A program made the position numbers and the translations under genes. A stretch of DNA of 64,000 nt, taken from the NCBI GenBank assembly GCA_030704615.1, contig CM060734.1:41230001-41294000 (forward strand), read 5' to 3'. Shown in pieces: positions 62,101-64,000 of this stretch (within the stretch, counting starts at the first letter, position 1; each line of letters opens with the position of its first letter). The notes beneath the pieces are model-generated. The model was given only the letters and a program-made list of their open reading frames with translations. It had not been told where the DNA came from and made no database searches. The DNA is from Takakia lepidozioides (Eukaryota; Plantae; Bryophyta).

Positions 62101-64000
62101 TTCAGCACTGTTGTTTATGTTTTAGCACATTGTGAAATTGGGCTAATTCGACATTTTGCTCGGTATCCTCACAGGATGTTCGTCCCTCCGTCGGCAGACT
62201 GTCTACTTCTGAGGACATGACATCTTCCGCCCATGCTGCAAACGTGGATCGACAACCAAGAAAGTGTGGGGGTGAGCACGCCCCCCGATGCGCGGGTCAG
62301 TTCTACGCATGCGACCCACGAAGCTGCAAAGACAGGTCCAGCAAGTGTAAACAAACCTGCTGACCAGCCTCTGTTGCGAAGTAGGGCGGCAGCGCTGCGT
62401 TTTCTCTCTCTATCCAGCCCGCCACAGCTGTCCCTGCTTCCCAGGGGAGAGGCAAAGCCAAGAAGCGGACTGTCGTGGACCATGCTGAGGAGGTCGAGGA
62501 GGGTCCGAGTACCAAGAGACCGGCGAAGAAAAAGTCTGGCGTCTTTATGAACAAGAACCGCAAGCTGGCCTTGGACATGGACAAAGATGTGGGTCGTTTC
62601 CTGGAGCAGCACAGGTGAGTACTGTGCTCAGTCTCCTCGTCTGTCTTTGTCGTTAAGTGCTTTGCGCTCTGTTGTGGTCAGTCTGCACGTATTTCATCAT
62701 TGTCTGTTGTGGTTAGTCTTGTCAGTCTGATGAATTGTTCAGCCTGTAGAGTGTTTGGTACCATGTTGACGTCAGTCTGTTCAGTACATGAGGCTTCCCG
62801 AAGGATGGTCTGCTCTGTGCAGGATGGGTGCTCGGTTTGGCAAAGCACATGCTCTGCACGTGAAGGCGGGTAATTCCATGCTGATGTTTTTTGAAGGGGA
62901 CCCACGGTTTGAATGCGGACTGTCGCCGGATGACATAAAGGCGGTCCAGAAGGTTGAGTCGGAGTGCACAGATAGACTCCTGAGCTGTGGTGTCGATTCT
63001 ATGAGAAGTCGGTTGAGGCTGCGTTCACCAACACTATTGTTGTTTCTTCCAACGTCGACGTGGACGGTGTTGAAGTCATTGGGGGTGGGGCAACATGAAA
63101 GCCTTCTGGGTCTTGAAAGGTTGCCTCAGCACTGAACGACTGGGCAAGGACTTGAAAGAGTGCGATTTCATTTTGGTGCCAATTGGGGACGAGTAAGAAC
63201 TCTTCTGAGTCTGCTGAGACTGTCTCCTGAGTCATAGTCTGGTTTCGCAGTGTCGTCTTGACTCTGAGCGATTAAGTTGACCTCTGTATTTGTGCAGTGG
63301 ACTGGGTTTGAAGATTGAGTCTGCTGAGTGCTGAGTCTGCTGAGTGGTCGGTCTGCTGAGTGTCAGTCTGCTGAGTCTGCCCATCATGATTGTGCAATGA
63401 CGCCATGTTGTTTGATACCATTGCAGGGGCACTGGAGTGTTTGTATCATCGACCTCCGCAAGGGCTGTTACACTCACCTGAACTCTATCAGGGACTTGCA
63501 TAAATGTCCCTTTGTTCTAGGGTGGATTCGGAAGCTTCATGCGCAGTGCTTAGGGTACTCGATGGACTCACCAGAGTGGCATGAGATTGTCCAAGCATTT
63601 CAGTTCCACGCGCCTGATGTGCCCCAGCAACCATTCAGCTGGGAGTGTGGCTTTTACGTCATGTCATTCATTCAAGTGTTTTATGAGTGGGTAAAAGTCA
63701 GAGCAAATGTCTCCAAGACTGCAAAGCCAGAGAGAGGAACACCTTTCACGAAGGACTGGTTTACTTTCAAGTTTGCACTTGGGCAGCGAATGCAGTGTGC
63801 CCAGTATATCGTGCGGGGGTTGGACAATGTAGAGAAACTGCTCTCATGAGTATGATGTACTTGTCCTGTGAAGTCTATGTACCGAAATAAAAAATGCGAG
63901 TCTTTTCGCAGTGGTGATGAGCACTTTTGTGTACTGTGGGTGCTGTTTTGTAATGTTGTCACTAAACTCAATGGACACAATGGTGTCAATTTTTCCATGC
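56150..64000 (+). mobile_element. Large putative DNA-transposon-like insertion carrying a Ulp1-like gene (runs off the window)
   Basis: Homology to the tandem unit stops abruptly at 56149. The start is GC-rich and dense in AGTCYG/CAGACT motifs. Ulp1 proteases are known cargo of plant MULE and CACTA elements. No transposase or second terminus is seen. Confidence 0.5.
58143..63849 (+). pseudogene. Degenerate multi-exon gene: N-terminal CxxC..H zinc-finger-like motif, Q/T-rich repeats, C-terminal Ulp1/SENP (peptidase C48)-like domain
   Basis: ATG at 58143 follows a ctgcag acceptor. CPFCEEVIKDKIQLNRHC; an acidic stretch ending at a GT donor at about 59097; Q/T repeats at 60800-62000; GHWSVCIIDL...HLNSI...VPQQPFSWECGFYV at 63428-63660. 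Several frame switches lack obvious introns. Confidence 0.6.

Overview
Intron-rich land-plant nuclear DNA, probably a non-seed plant such as a bryophyte or lycophyte (inferred from gene style, the PLS-PPR repeats and a half-tRNA-primed Copia). 1-12 kb is a patchwork of decayed transposons (LINE, CACTA, PIF/Harbinger, SINE-like). Two intact housekeeping genes follow on the minus strand: a 10-exon acetylornithine deacetylase (M20/ArgE family, 15852-21902) and a 12-exon LPAT2-type acyltransferase (25609-30979). 31.5-56.1 kb is a tandem array of intronless Mx-like (DRP4-type) dynamin genes. Copy A (32886-50982) is broken by two Ty1/Copia elements. One of these contains a 6.2-kb non-autonomous CACTA element carrying decayed PLS-type PPR repeats and an unidentified repeated coding module. 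Copy B (52789-54785) is split by an 11-nt insertion. The two paralogs are nearly identical except in a roughly 43-aa hypervariable patch at the position of the Mx L4 specificity loop, the most interesting signal here (a possible plant Mx-like antiviral array in birth-and-death evolution). From about 56150 the array is interrupted by a large, probably mobile segment encoding a degenerate zinc-finger/Q-T-rich/Ulp1-like protease gene. All alignments and counts were done by eye, and no database searches were run.
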